64,000 nucleotides of DNA, taken from positions 64,001 through 128,000 of IMG/VR virus record IMGVR_UViG_3300045988_108212, one strand, 5' to 3'. Numbering within the stretch: the stretch's first letter is position 1; each line of letters opens with the position of its first letter. This document shows positions 43,383-52,226 of this stretch, in pieces. The stretch comes from a virus. The position numbers and the translations under genes were made by a program. The notes below the pieces were generated by a model, which was not told where the DNA came from, made no database searches, and saw only the letters and a list, made by a program, of their open reading frames with translations.

Positions 43383-44329
43383 ACAATTACTCCTTCCAAT
43401 AACTCTTCTAATGCCTGCATATTATCTTCATGTACTCTATCATCTTGATCTGCATCATCTTTGCCAGTCTTATAAGCAAACTTGATAATCTCCATAACTC
43501 TATCATAACTCACATTAACAACATTTTCCTTCAATCCGTTAAAAGCCCCACTGATAATTTCCTTGTATGTCTGCGCAATATCATCAAACAATACATGAGT
43601 TTCTTCCTCTGTGATTGTTGCATACAGAAATGTCATTGCAGGGCTACTATGATTCAATAATCTCATAAGTGTATACAATACGTTCTGATCATCTTTATGA
43701 TCGACAAGTGTCCAATACACAAAGTTCTTTCGTAATGTATGCGTACCAATATTGTCCTCAATTCCAACTGCTTTAGCACCTTTTTTAACAAAATCCAAAG
43801 CATTTGCTTCAGTCATGTGTCCTGATCCAGACTTACATGTTCCAAAAACATAATCATCCATTGGCACTTCGCCATCAATCTTGACATCATATTTAGTTCC
43901 TGCAACAGCTTCAAAGAAAATATCCACTGCTTCAGTTACCAAATCGTTAAAGTATACAGTTCTGAATTTCTTTGTTTTCTTTTCCTGCTTACGAGTCTTA
44001 TCGTCTAATAAATCGCCCCATTTGAGTCTGACGATATCAGAGATACGATATGCTGTATTGTTTCCAACTGCAACCAAAAGATTGTTTCTGGCAGCTACAT
44101 ATCGTTTGTACTCTGTGTACGATTTATCAATCTGGTCTCTAAAATATGCATTAAAGGCTGCAAATTGTTTTCTGTCCTTGATCGGATACACTAAAGATGA
44201 TACGCCTTTCTGTTTGTTAGATCGAGTCCATTTAGGACTTCCATCCTTACGTCTTTTAATCTTTGTTTCAGATTCTTCTGCGTTATTATTGTTTACTGTT
44301 TCAATAACTTCAAACTGTGTTGCTGCCAT
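43379..44329 (-). CDS. tyrosine recombinase
   Basis: AYRISDIVRLKWGDL (Arg I), GTHTLRKNF (HxxR), LLNHSSPAMTFLYATI (His and Tyr). 316 aa with no long N-terminal arm domain. Confidence 0.75.
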   Translation of the reverse strand: MAATQFEVIETVNNNNAEESETKIKRRKDGSPKWTRSNKQKGVSSLVYPIKDRKQFAAFNAYFRDQIDKSYTEYKRYVAARNNLLVAVGNNTAYRISDIVRLKWGDLLDDKTRKQEKKTKKFRTVYFNDLVTEAVDIFFEAVAGTKYDVKIDGEVPMDDYVFGTCKSGSGHMTEANALDFVKKGAKAVGIEDNIGTHTLRKNFVYWTLVDHKDDQNVLYTLMRLLNHSSPAMTFLYATITEEETHVLFDDIAQTYKEIISGAFNGLKENVVNVSYDRVMEIIKFAYKTGKDDADQDDRVHEDNMQALEELLEGVIV

Positions 44330-44432
44330 GATAATCTCTCCTCTCTAATTATTACACTGTTCACGTACTTCTGGTCTAATTTCTACTTCGATTAATTCCA
44401 TAATTCTTACTCCTATTCTCTAAATTTAGGCA

Positions 44433-44459
44433 AAATAAAAAGAAGCCCCTAAGCTTCTC
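44433..44459 (-). terminator. rho-independent terminator
   Basis: Minus strand: GAAGC-TTAGGG-GCTTC followed by TTTTTATTTT. Downstream of 44483..44947. Confidence 0.6.
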
Positions 44460-44482
44460 AATCTCATTCTGTTATTCAATTT

Positions 44483-44947
44483 CTACAATGGTCTAATAAT
44501 ATCAGGATTCATGATCAGAATACTATCACAATCCCAACCGTAAAGCTCATAATATAACTCATAATCACCTTTGGATAAATTAAGCTTAATTGCATCAACT
44601 CCATCTTCGACCATCTTCTCAAAATCTGGCACAACGCCCATTGTATCAAATAAATATTCTGGGAGATATCCCGATAGATCTTGCGTTGGAACCTGCTTTA
44701 AATCGGCTTTCGCTGTCCATTCAACAATATTTGCCGAATCATCCAATGTAAATTTAAAGTTTTTGTCTAGTTTATCAATTCTAAAATCATTATCAATACA
44801 CCATTTCTCCCACGGCTGATCCGCCTTTATATCCGATGCCCATAAACCTCCAAATGGTTTGTTAATCATGTTTCTGTTCACAATTGACATAAACAACTCT
44901 TTCTCAAACTTATCACTTCCGTAGTGAATATAAATATTTTCTGACAT
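44483..44947 (-). CDS. hypothetical protein
   Basis: 154 aa with AAAGGATGG SD. Confidence 0.55.
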   Translation of the reverse strand: MSENIYIHYGSDKFEKELFMSIVNRNMINKPFGGLWASDIKADQPWEKWCIDNDFRIDKLDKNFKFTLDDSANIVEWTAKADLKQVPTQDLSGYLPEYLFDTMGVVPDFEKMVEDGVDAIKLNLSKGDYELYYELYGWDCDSILIMNPDIIRPL

Positions 44948-44968
44948 TTTTCCATCCTTTCGTCAAAC

Positions 44969-45691
44969 TTATCCTGTCATCTGCTTCTCAAACAACTGTC
45001 TTTCCAACGCACCAAAATCATAATCACGATCACATTCCAAGTGTGCAAGGTTCGTTACCTTTGGCTTTTGTTTAGCGTTCTTCTTAGCCTGATTTCGTTC
45101 CCAGTTTCGTACTGCTGCCTTCCAGTCTTGCATCTTGCTATTGCCCATCATCCAATCTTTGGCTGTGTAATAATCCACAAACTCTTCTGGATCAATCCCA
45201 TTGTTTCTTTGTTGACAATATCTGGAGACTTGCTCGCAATCAGGCGGTGTGAATCGCTTTATATTATTATTATTATATTTATTATTATTCTTTACTTTCT
45301 TTTTATGTGTCGCTTCTGCGTCGTTTTGGTGTCGTTTCTGTGTAGCTTGTTCGTCTACAAAACCTTGATAAACACTGTAATTTACTATGGTTATGACCGT
45401 CTTTTTAGTGTCGCTTTTTACATGTATGATACTGTCGTTTTCCAGTGTCTTTAAAAATTTGATAACCTTTGAATTACTCCACCCCCATCGATCACACAAT
45501 CTTCTGATCGAAGTAACCATCGATCCTCGCTCGACTATTTCTAAGTTTCCATCAACATACTTAGGTTGATTATTATAACCTGCGAGAATAAGTAAGTCAA
45601 TCATTGCTTGTCCTCTGGCAAATGGTTTGTCTTCCCATAGCCAATGATCTGTAATTTTCCGATGGAGTTTGATCCATCCTGTGTTACTCAT
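44969..45691 (-). CDS. replisome organiser / DnaD-like replication protein
   Basis: N-terminal GWIKLHRKITDHWLWEDKPF winged-helix type. C-terminal FTPPDCEQVSRYCQQRNNGIDPEEFVDYYTAKDWMMGNSKMQDWKAAVRNWERN is the conserved phage C-terminus seen in Firmicutes phage replication proteins. Confidence 0.65.
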   Translation of the reverse strand: MSNTGWIKLHRKITDHWLWEDKPFARGQAMIDLLILAGYNNQPKYVDGNLEIVERGSMVTSIRRLCDRWGWSNSKVIKFLKTLENDSIIHVKSDTKKTVITIVNYSVYQGFVDEQATQKRHQNDAEATHKKKVKNNNKYNNNNIKRFTPPDCEQVSRYCQQRNNGIDPEEFVDYYTAKDWMMGNSKMQDWKAAVRNWERNQAKKNAKQKPKVTNLAHLECDRDYDFGALERQLFEKQMTG

Positions 45692-45731
45692 GGCATCACT
45701 CCCCTCTATATATGGAGATAAAATTCTCCTT

Positions 45732-45977
45732 TCACTGTTTTAAATGCTCACCTGTTAATTCATCAATTGCATAATGTGTCATAAATTCATCATAGCTCAT
45801 TATACGTTTACCACAGTCACAGCATGTCATACATTTATTATATGTGCAGCATTCAGTAATTTCTTCATCTTGAAAATGTCCATCAAAACTATATATATCG
45901 GTTCCATTAGCTTTAAACCTAACAGCCATTCCACGATCACTTCCGCAGTGCGGACATTTTGTTATTTGTTTTCTCAT
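45732..45977 (-). CDS. zinc-ribbon protein
   Basis: 81 aa; CPHCG...CCDCG. GAAGGAGG SD. Confidence 0.5.
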   Translation of the reverse strand: MRKQITKCPHCGSDRGMAVRFKANGTDIYSFDGHFQDEEITECCTYNKCMTCCDCGKRIMSYDEFMTHYAIDELTGEHLKQ

Positions 45978-46348
45978 TTAGCACCTCCTTCTGATTCTAT
46001 CTCTTCAATTTCATTTTGTTTAATCCAACGATCAGAAATTTCAGCCAACATATTAATATACAAAACAGGAAAATTTCCATTATAAATCTCTTTACGTTCT
46101 TTGTAAAACCTCAACAACTTATCATCGCTCCAATTTTTGTATTGATTCTTTGCGAAATTTTCTTTCTTCATATTTTCATGCTCTCGAATCCATCGTTGAC
46201 CGATTTCATCCAGAACTATATATTGCTCAGAAAAAGTTCTATCGCTTCTTATTCCATGTGATTTTGCTTGAAGATTTAACTTTCCCTGCTCTAACAGTTC
46301 TTCGTCTGTATATTCAGACATGCACTTGTGGTCATTTAAATCCACCAT
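45974..46348 (-). CDS. hypothetical protein
   Basis: 124 aa with GGGAGG SD. Confidence 0.5.
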   Translation of the reverse strand: MVDLNDHKCMSEYTDEELLEQGKLNLQAKSHGIRSDRTFSEQYIVLDEIGQRWIREHENMKKENFAKNQYKNWSDDKLLRFYKERKEIYNGNFPVLYINMLAEISDRWIKQNEIEEIESEGGAK

Positions 46349-46376
46349 CTATACCGCCTCCCATCAAATTTTCGTT

Positions 46377-47105
46377 TTATTCTTCATCAAGTTCCATATG
46401 ATTTACATCAACAGGATTCTCTAATTTTAAAATATCTTCTTTCTGTTCTACAAGAGCCTGTTGAGCTATTGCATTAATTTTATTCTGTGCAAAAGCCTCG
46501 ATTTCTCCTTTAGCTTCTGTAATTGTTTTGTCTATCTGATTTTGGAATTGATCAAAGATAAATTTTGAACTAGATTCCATACCTTGAGTCACGTTGGCAA
46601 GTCTTCTCAGAATCATTTCTCGATCACCTTTTCCAATAGATTTCTTCGTAGTAAAAAGCTCCTTGACTTCATCATAAAATTCTTTTGCATCGCTCATACG
46701 CTCGTTCATACACTCTTTAAATTCATTTGTTATCTGCTGTCTTTTATTGATAAAATCCGCTTCGTTAATACGTCCTTTACCACGTAAATATTTAATAGTA
46801 CATGGAGTACCTGTTCCAACATTCATAGAAGTAATTAATTCCGCAAATTGTGATTGCGACATTTCTACTTCCAGAATCTCATCTTCTCCAACATACCAAT
46901 CATCATTGAGTCCCCTTGTAACCACACCTTCCCTTAATACCATATGGATTGTATCGTTATGCTGAATGCTACTGCCAAATAAATTGCTATGCCCGCCATG
47001 AGTACGATTGAATGATAACATTCCAAATGATGGGTGTTTATATGATGTTCCAAGAGCATCTTCTGATATTATATAATCTCCTTCTTTCCTAGCATTTTCT
47101 CTCAT
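46377..47105 (-). CDS. hypothetical protein
   Basis: 242 aa. The N-terminal beta-rich half (..FGMLSFNRTHGG..QSQFAELITSMNVGTGTPCTIKY..) is followed by a coiled-coil tail. Confidence 0.55.
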   Translation of the reverse strand: MRENARKEGDYIISEDALGTSYKHPSFGMLSFNRTHGGHSNLFGSSIQHNDTIHMVLREGVVTRGLNDDWYVGEDEILEVEMSQSQFAELITSMNVGTGTPCTIKYLRGKGRINEADFINKRQQITNEFKECMNERMSDAKEFYDEVKELFTTKKSIGKGDREMILRRLANVTQGMESSSKFIFDQFQNQIDKTITEAKGEIEAFAQNKINAIAQQALVEQKEDILKLENPVDVNHMELDEE

Positions 47106-47129
47106 TTATCCAATTTCCTTTCCATTTGC

Positions 47130-47513
47130 TTATTTATTTGCCCAGTTAACTTGAATATCATATTCATCACATAATTCTCTGAATATTTCCGTTGTTACTA
47201 AGAATTTTCCTTGACAAAAATTGTTAGCTACAAGTCCTAAGTTACTTTTGTATCCATCGACGAAAATATCCGATAGAGAACCATCATAATCTATAATACA
47301 ATCTTCTTCAACCATTTGTAGAAACTCTTTTCCACTGAATAGATCATAAATATTATAGGTACAATGCATATCTTTTATCATATCATCTGTTAAAACACCA
47401 TGATATAACCTTCTTAAATCTTCAAGCTGCCATACCCTATGCATCATTCCATCTTTACCATAAGCAAAATCTATATCTCCTTTTGATATAAATTTCTTTT
47501 CTTTATCTTCCAC
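47130..47513 (-). CDS. hypothetical protein
   Basis: 127 aa. GTG start inside GGTGG, so the start is uncertain. Confidence 0.45.
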   Translation of the reverse strand: MEDKEKKFISKGDIDFAYGKDGMMHRVWQLEDLRRLYHGVLTDDMIKDMHCTYNIYDLFSGKEFLQMVEEDCIIDYDGSLSDIFVDGYKSNLGLVANNFCQGKFLVTTEIFRELCDEYDIQVNWANK

Positions 47514-47597
47514 CTACTCTCATCCCTTTCTATATTTTTAAAGCATACCATTACAAAAAATGATATGCTTTAACTTGTTCTATCTTATTAAGTTGCT

Positions 47598-48383
47598 CTA
47601 AAATTCATCCCATTCTTCGTCAATTACTAACCCAAATGCAGGATGATATTCTGCATCACAAACTACATGATCTTTATACATTCTATATCCTTTTTCAAGA
47701 ACATATTTTACAGGGAACGGACATTCAAACATATCCAAATCTCCATCTTTAATTGCTTCGTCTAACTTACATTCTGGAATTGCAAGGATAGAATGTCCAG
47801 AATCAGCAAAATAATAATTGAATTCTTTTAATTCCTCTGGAAGTCCTTTATAATTATCTTTCTTTGCTCCGTGAAGATCTTCTACACTTCTACGAATTGT
47901 ATTTGTTTCTACTTTTTCTTCTGTCGGCTGATCATCTTTGTCATCAAAAACTGACCATGCCAATGTTCTGCAAAAATCCCCTGACCAGTTTGAGATTATG
48001 GTACAAAATGGCGTTGGAATATCTACAATGAATGGCAGTTCTGGGTGATATTCACCCAAGGATTTTCCAAACAAATCTTTGTACGCACACTCTATTGATC
48101 TCATTGCAAGGGATAATCCGCTTCTATCTTTGCATCCTACTGTTGTCAGCAATACAATATTTTTGCCTTCAGCTTCTAATATAACTTCTGCACAATAGAA
48201 AGCTCCATCCGCAGTAATATGCAATTTAGTTTCATCCATAAACGGTACTGTGTAATTAGATGATACATTCCTATCAAATTCAATAAGCTCTCTCATTCTA
48301 GTTCTTATTTCACTACTGATTTCCTCTGAATAAGATTTTCTCATATGCCCTGTCAACAGAGTATAATGATTAATATATTCCAT
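47598..48383 (-). CDS. hypothetical protein
   Basis: 261 aa with AAGGTGG SD. Its ATG overlaps the upstream TAA. Confidence 0.55.
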   Translation of the reverse strand: MEYINHYTLLTGHMRKSYSEEISSEIRTRMRELIEFDRNVSSNYTVPFMDETKLHITADGAFYCAEVILEAEGKNIVLLTTVGCKDRSGLSLAMRSIECAYKDLFGKSLGEYHPELPFIVDIPTPFCTIISNWSGDFCRTLAWSVFDDKDDQPTEEKVETNTIRRSVEDLHGAKKDNYKGLPEELKEFNYYFADSGHSILAIPECKLDEAIKDGDLDMFECPFPVKYVLEKGYRMYKDHVVCDAEYHPAFGLVIDEEWDEF

Positions 48384-49372
48384 TACTTGTCCACCTTAAC
48401 CCTTCTCATTTCTCTGACTTCTTTTTTATACTGTTCGATAGCATCAAGTGCATTTTCAGTATAACAAAAATCATACTTTTTCGCAAAGTTATTTACAGAC
48501 CTGTAATTGGCTATAGGTACTTCCACACACCCTTTATCCCGACTATACCGATTATTCATAATTTTCCTTGTAGCATTGTAAATTTCATTACTCCTTGCGC
48601 TCCAACGCAATGTTAGAACTTTATCTTCTGAATCGTAATTAATCCAACGAGTGTTTTCTTTTTTATAATTTCCACTGATTGCCATTTCTGTAATTTCACT
48701 ATCATGAATACAAATTGCAAACCCATTCTGCAATAAGCCATGTCCAATTTCTGCTACTCTATCAGCATAATTTCCGCTTTTCTCGGTCAGACAACGACAC
48801 CAACAACAATCATCTTCATTCCATCTATAATCTTTTGATTTAACCAAATTGATGAAGTCCTGATCTTTCAGATAAAACAGGCATATTTTATCAAGTTTTT
48901 TAACAATTTCCACAACACCTTCATGTTCTAATCTTTCTGGTGCCACAGCATCAATACTAATGATTCTTTCTCGACGTTCTTTCTCCCTCTTAGTTCGTTT
49001 ATATTTTCGCAGAAAATCTTGTTTACTAATAAATCGGTCTAAGTCTAACCAAAAAGAAGCTGTCGTTTCATTCTCAATAATAGATTGTGCCGTTCTGTCG
49101 TTTTCAAACTCATTGTAAAAACCCAATCGAATGGTATTACCCCATGCTACTTGTTTTTCCGTTCCTGTTAGGTTTGGAAATCCGTATTCTTCTGATAGTT
49201 CTTTAGACTTTTTGTTTTCTTCTGCAATTTTTCTTTCTTTTTCTTCTTTTGCACATTTCGGACATAAATGAGAAAAAGCATAGTCAGCTTTTCTCTGTCT
49301 TTCACTCATTTTTCCAATCACATTTACTACGCCATCATGCCCACAAGCGTAAGTACCTTCATATTTAGCCAT
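48383..49372 (-). CDS. hypothetical protein with N-terminal Cys/His cluster
   Basis: The start is set to ATG 49372 (AAAGGAAAGGGG upstream). Reads MAKYEGTYACGHDG..HLCPKCAK. Confidence 0.55.
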   Translation of the reverse strand: MAKYEGTYACGHDGVVNVIGKMSERQRKADYAFSHLCPKCAKEEKERKIAEENKKSKELSEEYGFPNLTGTEKQVAWGNTIRLGFYNEFENDRTAQSIIENETTASFWLDLDRFISKQDFLRKYKRTKREKERRERIISIDAVAPERLEHEGVVEIVKKLDKICLFYLKDQDFINLVKSKDYRWNEDDCCWCRCLTEKSGNYADRVAEIGHGLLQNGFAICIHDSEITEMAISGNYKKENTRWINYDSEDKVLTLRWSARSNEIYNATRKIMNNRYSRDKGCVEVPIANYRSVNNFAKKYDFCYTENALDAIEQYKKEVREMRRVKVDK

Positions 49373-49400
49373 ACTTACCCCTTTCCTTTCTATCAAAGTT

Positions 49401-49904
49401 TCATTTTATCTTATGATCGTCACATTCCCATACCGCTTCATAGCAGACATCTAACACATCTCTTACGATTTGTTTCCTTTGACTTAACTTTGCTTCTGTT
49501 TTTTCAATATCCTCTTTATCACGCAATAAATACATATATTTTTGATACGGCATATTTGTATCTGCTAGTTTTTCTTCTATGGCGATCCTTTCATCAATTA
49601 CTTTTCTTAGTTTATTACCTAATTCCTTATTCTTATCTTTAAGCGCTTTGATAATTGCATATCCATACATTCTTTGATATTTAGACTCAAATTTTCCATC
49701 TTTGAATTCATAACGATCCTCAACCTTGCAGGCATCTAAAATCTTATCTCCGTTTTCTCTGCACTCATTTAACAATTCTAATAAACTCTGTTCGTTATCA
49801 AATGAAGCATAACAAATTTCACCTTCCTTTGTTTCATATATGCAGATATAAGGTTCTGCTGGTTCATAAGCACATGATGCACCATCTCTTCTTGTCATCC
49901 CCAT
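49401..49904 (-). CDS. hypothetical protein
   Basis: 167 aa with AAAGGAATGG SD. Confidence 0.5.
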   Translation of the reverse strand: MGMTRRDGASCAYEPAEPYICIYETKEGEICYASFDNEQSLLELLNECRENGDKILDACKVEDRYEFKDGKFESKYQRMYGYAIIKALKDKNKELGNKLRKVIDERIAIEEKLADTNMPYQKYMYLLRDKEDIEKTEAKLSQRKQIVRDVLDVCYEAVWECDDHKIK

Positions 49905-49929
49905 TTTATACCATTCCTTTCTAACATAA

Positions 49930-50301
49930 TTATTCTTTACAAGCTACAATGCAAGTTGGATAATTGTAATTATACATTTTTTTAAACAAAGATTCCAGCC
50001 TTCTGTACACTCCATCTTTTATCATATCTTTTTCCGTTTCTACATTAGAATAAATAACAATATAATCAATGAGTTCATATTTAAGCTGCTTCATTTTCTG
50101 AATATATTGTGTAATGTCCTTTTCCATCAGATCGAAACTGTCTACTTCTGTAAAAAAATAATTTTCTGGAATCCAGTTCATATTCGCAAAAAGATCTTTT
50201 TCTTTATATAATACAATCAAACAATTTTCTGGTGGGCATTGCTTTAATAATCGTGTTAACAATTTGGACTTTCCAATACCCTTTAATGTTAATATTTCCA
50301 T
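49930..50301 (-). CDS. hypothetical protein
   Basis: The start was moved to ATG 50301, 9 nt after GAAGGA. Confidence 0.5.
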   Translation of the reverse strand: MEILTLKGIGKSKLLTRLLKQCPPENCLIVLYKEKDLFANMNWIPENYFFTEVDSFDLMEKDITQYIQKMKQLKYELIDYIVIYSNVETEKDMIKDGVYRRLESLFKKMYNYNYPTCIVACKE

Positions 50302-50342
50302 TTCTATCATTCCTTCTTATCAAATATTTGTTTCATTACTAT

Positions 50343-50555
50343 TTACTGACATGTGTTTATTAATGCCGTTACTGTGGATTGACACAGATTTTTAAAGCAT
50401 TTTGAACACAAAAAGACTGGATACGTCTCTACATAGTTTCCATCTTTATATTGAAACACAATCTTTTTCATATTCTTATCTTTATCCGAAAATTTTCTAC
50501 ACTCAATACAAGCTCCAAATTCATCTGGCAAATCTGCCACATTATATATTTTCAT
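50343..50555 (-). CDS. small Cys-rich protein
   Basis: 70 aa; CIECRK..CSKC. Confidence 0.45.
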   Translation of the reverse strand: MKIYNVADLPDEFGACIECRKFSDKDKNMKKIVFQYKDGNYVETYPVFLCSKCFKNLCQSTVTALINTCQ

Positions 50556-50572
50556 AATTATATCACACCTTC

Positions 50573-51667
50573 CTACTCTTCTGAAATAATTTCCACCGCT
50601 GCTTCGTAAAATCTGTTGTACAAAGTTGTATTTGTTTTAATAAGCTGAGATTTAGACAATCCATGAGCATATTCATCCCAGTTGACACCATTCTCTGTCA
50701 TCTTAGTGTAGATTTTCCGATACACAGACGTTCCACCTTTAGACCTATTTCCAATATGATTAGCATAATTGGTAATCTTGATCTTCATTTCTTCCCAATC
50801 AGGCTGTGCATTTTCTTTGCGGAACTGTCGCAGAAGTTTTTCCAATGAATTGACTAACAGATCAGGATACTTGTCATAGCAAAGATCAATCGTTGGTACA
50901 TTGCCTCTTTCGCTAATATTATACTTCTCTTTGTATTCTTTCCGATCCTGTTCCCACACAATTCCATATGTGTTAGTGAGATACCTGTATACTTCTTTAA
51001 GAATATCTCTCGTAGTAGTTCCTAATTCATCAGATTCTTTTAGAATATCATTAATGATAGAATATACGTTGGATTTCCATTCGTTAAGTTTGTATTCTGC
51101 AATAACACTTTCAGTATCTACTACTGGAATATCTTTCGTAGGTTTACCGATCTGCTTATATAGTTCTTTTCGTTCGGTTTTCATCTCTTTTACAATGTCC
51201 GCCAACTGATTAAAACCTTTGATAGTAACATTGTATAGGCGTTCATTGTTTCTTTCCATCTGCCTCATAAGTTCTGTCTGTTCTGTAAGAAATTGCTCCA
51301 CTGTTGTTACGGGAGTTCCTGTTCTTAAATTTCCATGACGATAAGCTCCAATCACATCCCATACCCAATCCATAAAGGCATCAGCCTTGGGTTGTCTACG
51401 TCTTCTACAAATTTCATAAATGCCACGTTCATTATAGATATAACTAGAATAAGATTTTCCATCAGTTGTTTCCAATTTGGTAACAACTGAATCTCTATCT
51501 AGTCTTTCTTTATTAGCATCGTGAATTTTTGCAATGGCGACTCTAGGATCTTTATATTCTAATGCAAACCCAATCTGTTGTCTGCTCATCCACAACTGAT
51601 CCTCAGCACTATAAAAATCACACGCTATATCGTTAAAATTTTCCGTTTTTACTAACTGTAGGTTCAT
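50573..51667 (-). CDS. Bro-N/ORF6N-like DNA-binding (antirepressor-family) protein
   Basis: The N-terminus VKTENFNDIACDFYSAEDQLWMSRQQIGFALEYKDPRVAIAKIHDAN resembles Bro-N/ORF6N domains. 364 aa. Confidence 0.5.
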   Translation of the reverse strand: MNLQLVKTENFNDIACDFYSAEDQLWMSRQQIGFALEYKDPRVAIAKIHDANKERLDRDSVVTKLETTDGKSYSSYIYNERGIYEICRRRRQPKADAFMDWVWDVIGAYRHGNLRTGTPVTTVEQFLTEQTELMRQMERNNERLYNVTIKGFNQLADIVKEMKTERKELYKQIGKPTKDIPVVDTESVIAEYKLNEWKSNVYSIINDILKESDELGTTTRDILKEVYRYLTNTYGIVWEQDRKEYKEKYNISERGNVPTIDLCYDKYPDLLVNSLEKLLRQFRKENAQPDWEEMKIKITNYANHIGNRSKGGTSVYRKIYTKMTENGVNWDEYAHGLSKSQLIKTNTTLYNRFYEAAVEIISEE

Positions 51668-51739
51668 TCTTCATCTTCCTTTCTAAACTGTCTTATTTTT
51701 CTCTACACTCATTATTTTTGTATAACTGTATTCCGTAAA

Positions 51740-51817
51740 CTAATAGAAATAAAATCAACATTTAATTCCAACTATTAGTGTGCCAATCCTAATAGAAACC
51801 TATTCTATTCCTATTAG
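51740..51817. promoter_or_regulatory. array of four CTAATAG / CTATTAG sites (alternating orientation)
   Basis: CTAATAGAAA at 51740 and 51789; CTATTAG at 51772 and 51811. Located in the 322-nt intergenic region upstream of 50573..51667. Confidence 0.45.
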
Positions 51818-51898
51818 TTCTCTATATAATCAACACCTTACCTATTAACAATTCTATGCTTAGTTAATCATTAATTTGTGTATAATAAATTTGACAAA

Positions 51899-51969
51899 GA
51901 ACCGACCTGCCAAATCGGTTCCTGCCAAATATTTCCGTAAAATAAAAAGAACCTTCCGTTCGGTTCTTT
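51899..51969 (-). terminator. tandem terminator hairpins
   Basis: GAACCGA-N9-TCGGTTC (51899..51921) and AAAGAACC-N8-GGTTCTTT (51946..51969). The latter is followed on the minus strand by TTTTATTTT. CCTGCCAAAT is repeated at 51906 and 51921. Confidence 0.6.
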
Positions 51970-51989
51970 GCCAAAATTATTATATGGAA

Positions 51990-52226
51990 TTATTTAATAA
52001 ATGCCGTTCCTATTTTTATAATAAACCAAGTCCATAAAATAATAGTAGTTGGTTTATCAATAACTCCTATTGTATCATCTAGTAAGTCAGTATATTTCTT
52101 TAAGTTTGTATTGTAATATTCATCAATTAATTTCAGAGCTGCATTAACAATAAAAACAATAGTCTCTAATGTAATCATTACTCCTACAAATACATCTGAA
52201 TACCGAATAATCTGTTCTAATTCCAT
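51990..52226 (-). CDS. small two-TM membrane protein
   Basis: 78 aa; VFVGVMITLETIVFIVNAAL and TIILWTWFIIKIGTAFI. Confidence 0.5.
   Translation of the reverse strand: MELEQIIRYSDVFVGVMITLETIVFIVNAALKLIDEYYNTNLKKYTDLLDDTIGVIDKPTTIILWTWFIIKIGTAFIK

Noticed and set aside
44345-44401. 18-codon ORF MELIEVEIRPEVREQCNN with an AGGAG SD upstream of the recombinase gene.
   Set aside because: It is too short to support without expression or conservation data. It may be a leader peptide. It is noted but not called.
45261-45290. ATT/TTA low-complexity run as a microsatellite.
   Set aside because: It is in frame inside 44969..45691, where it encodes an Asn/Lys-rich linker (NNNKYNNNNIK).
8665-51975. TTGGCA/TGCCAA recurring in several intergenic regions (about 8667, 22562, 26224, 40235, 51908, 51924, 51969) as a possible sigma54 or special -35 element.
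   Set aside because: No GG-N10-GC spacing fits sigma54, and no -10 is consistently spaced. A 6-mer is expected many times by chance at this base composition.
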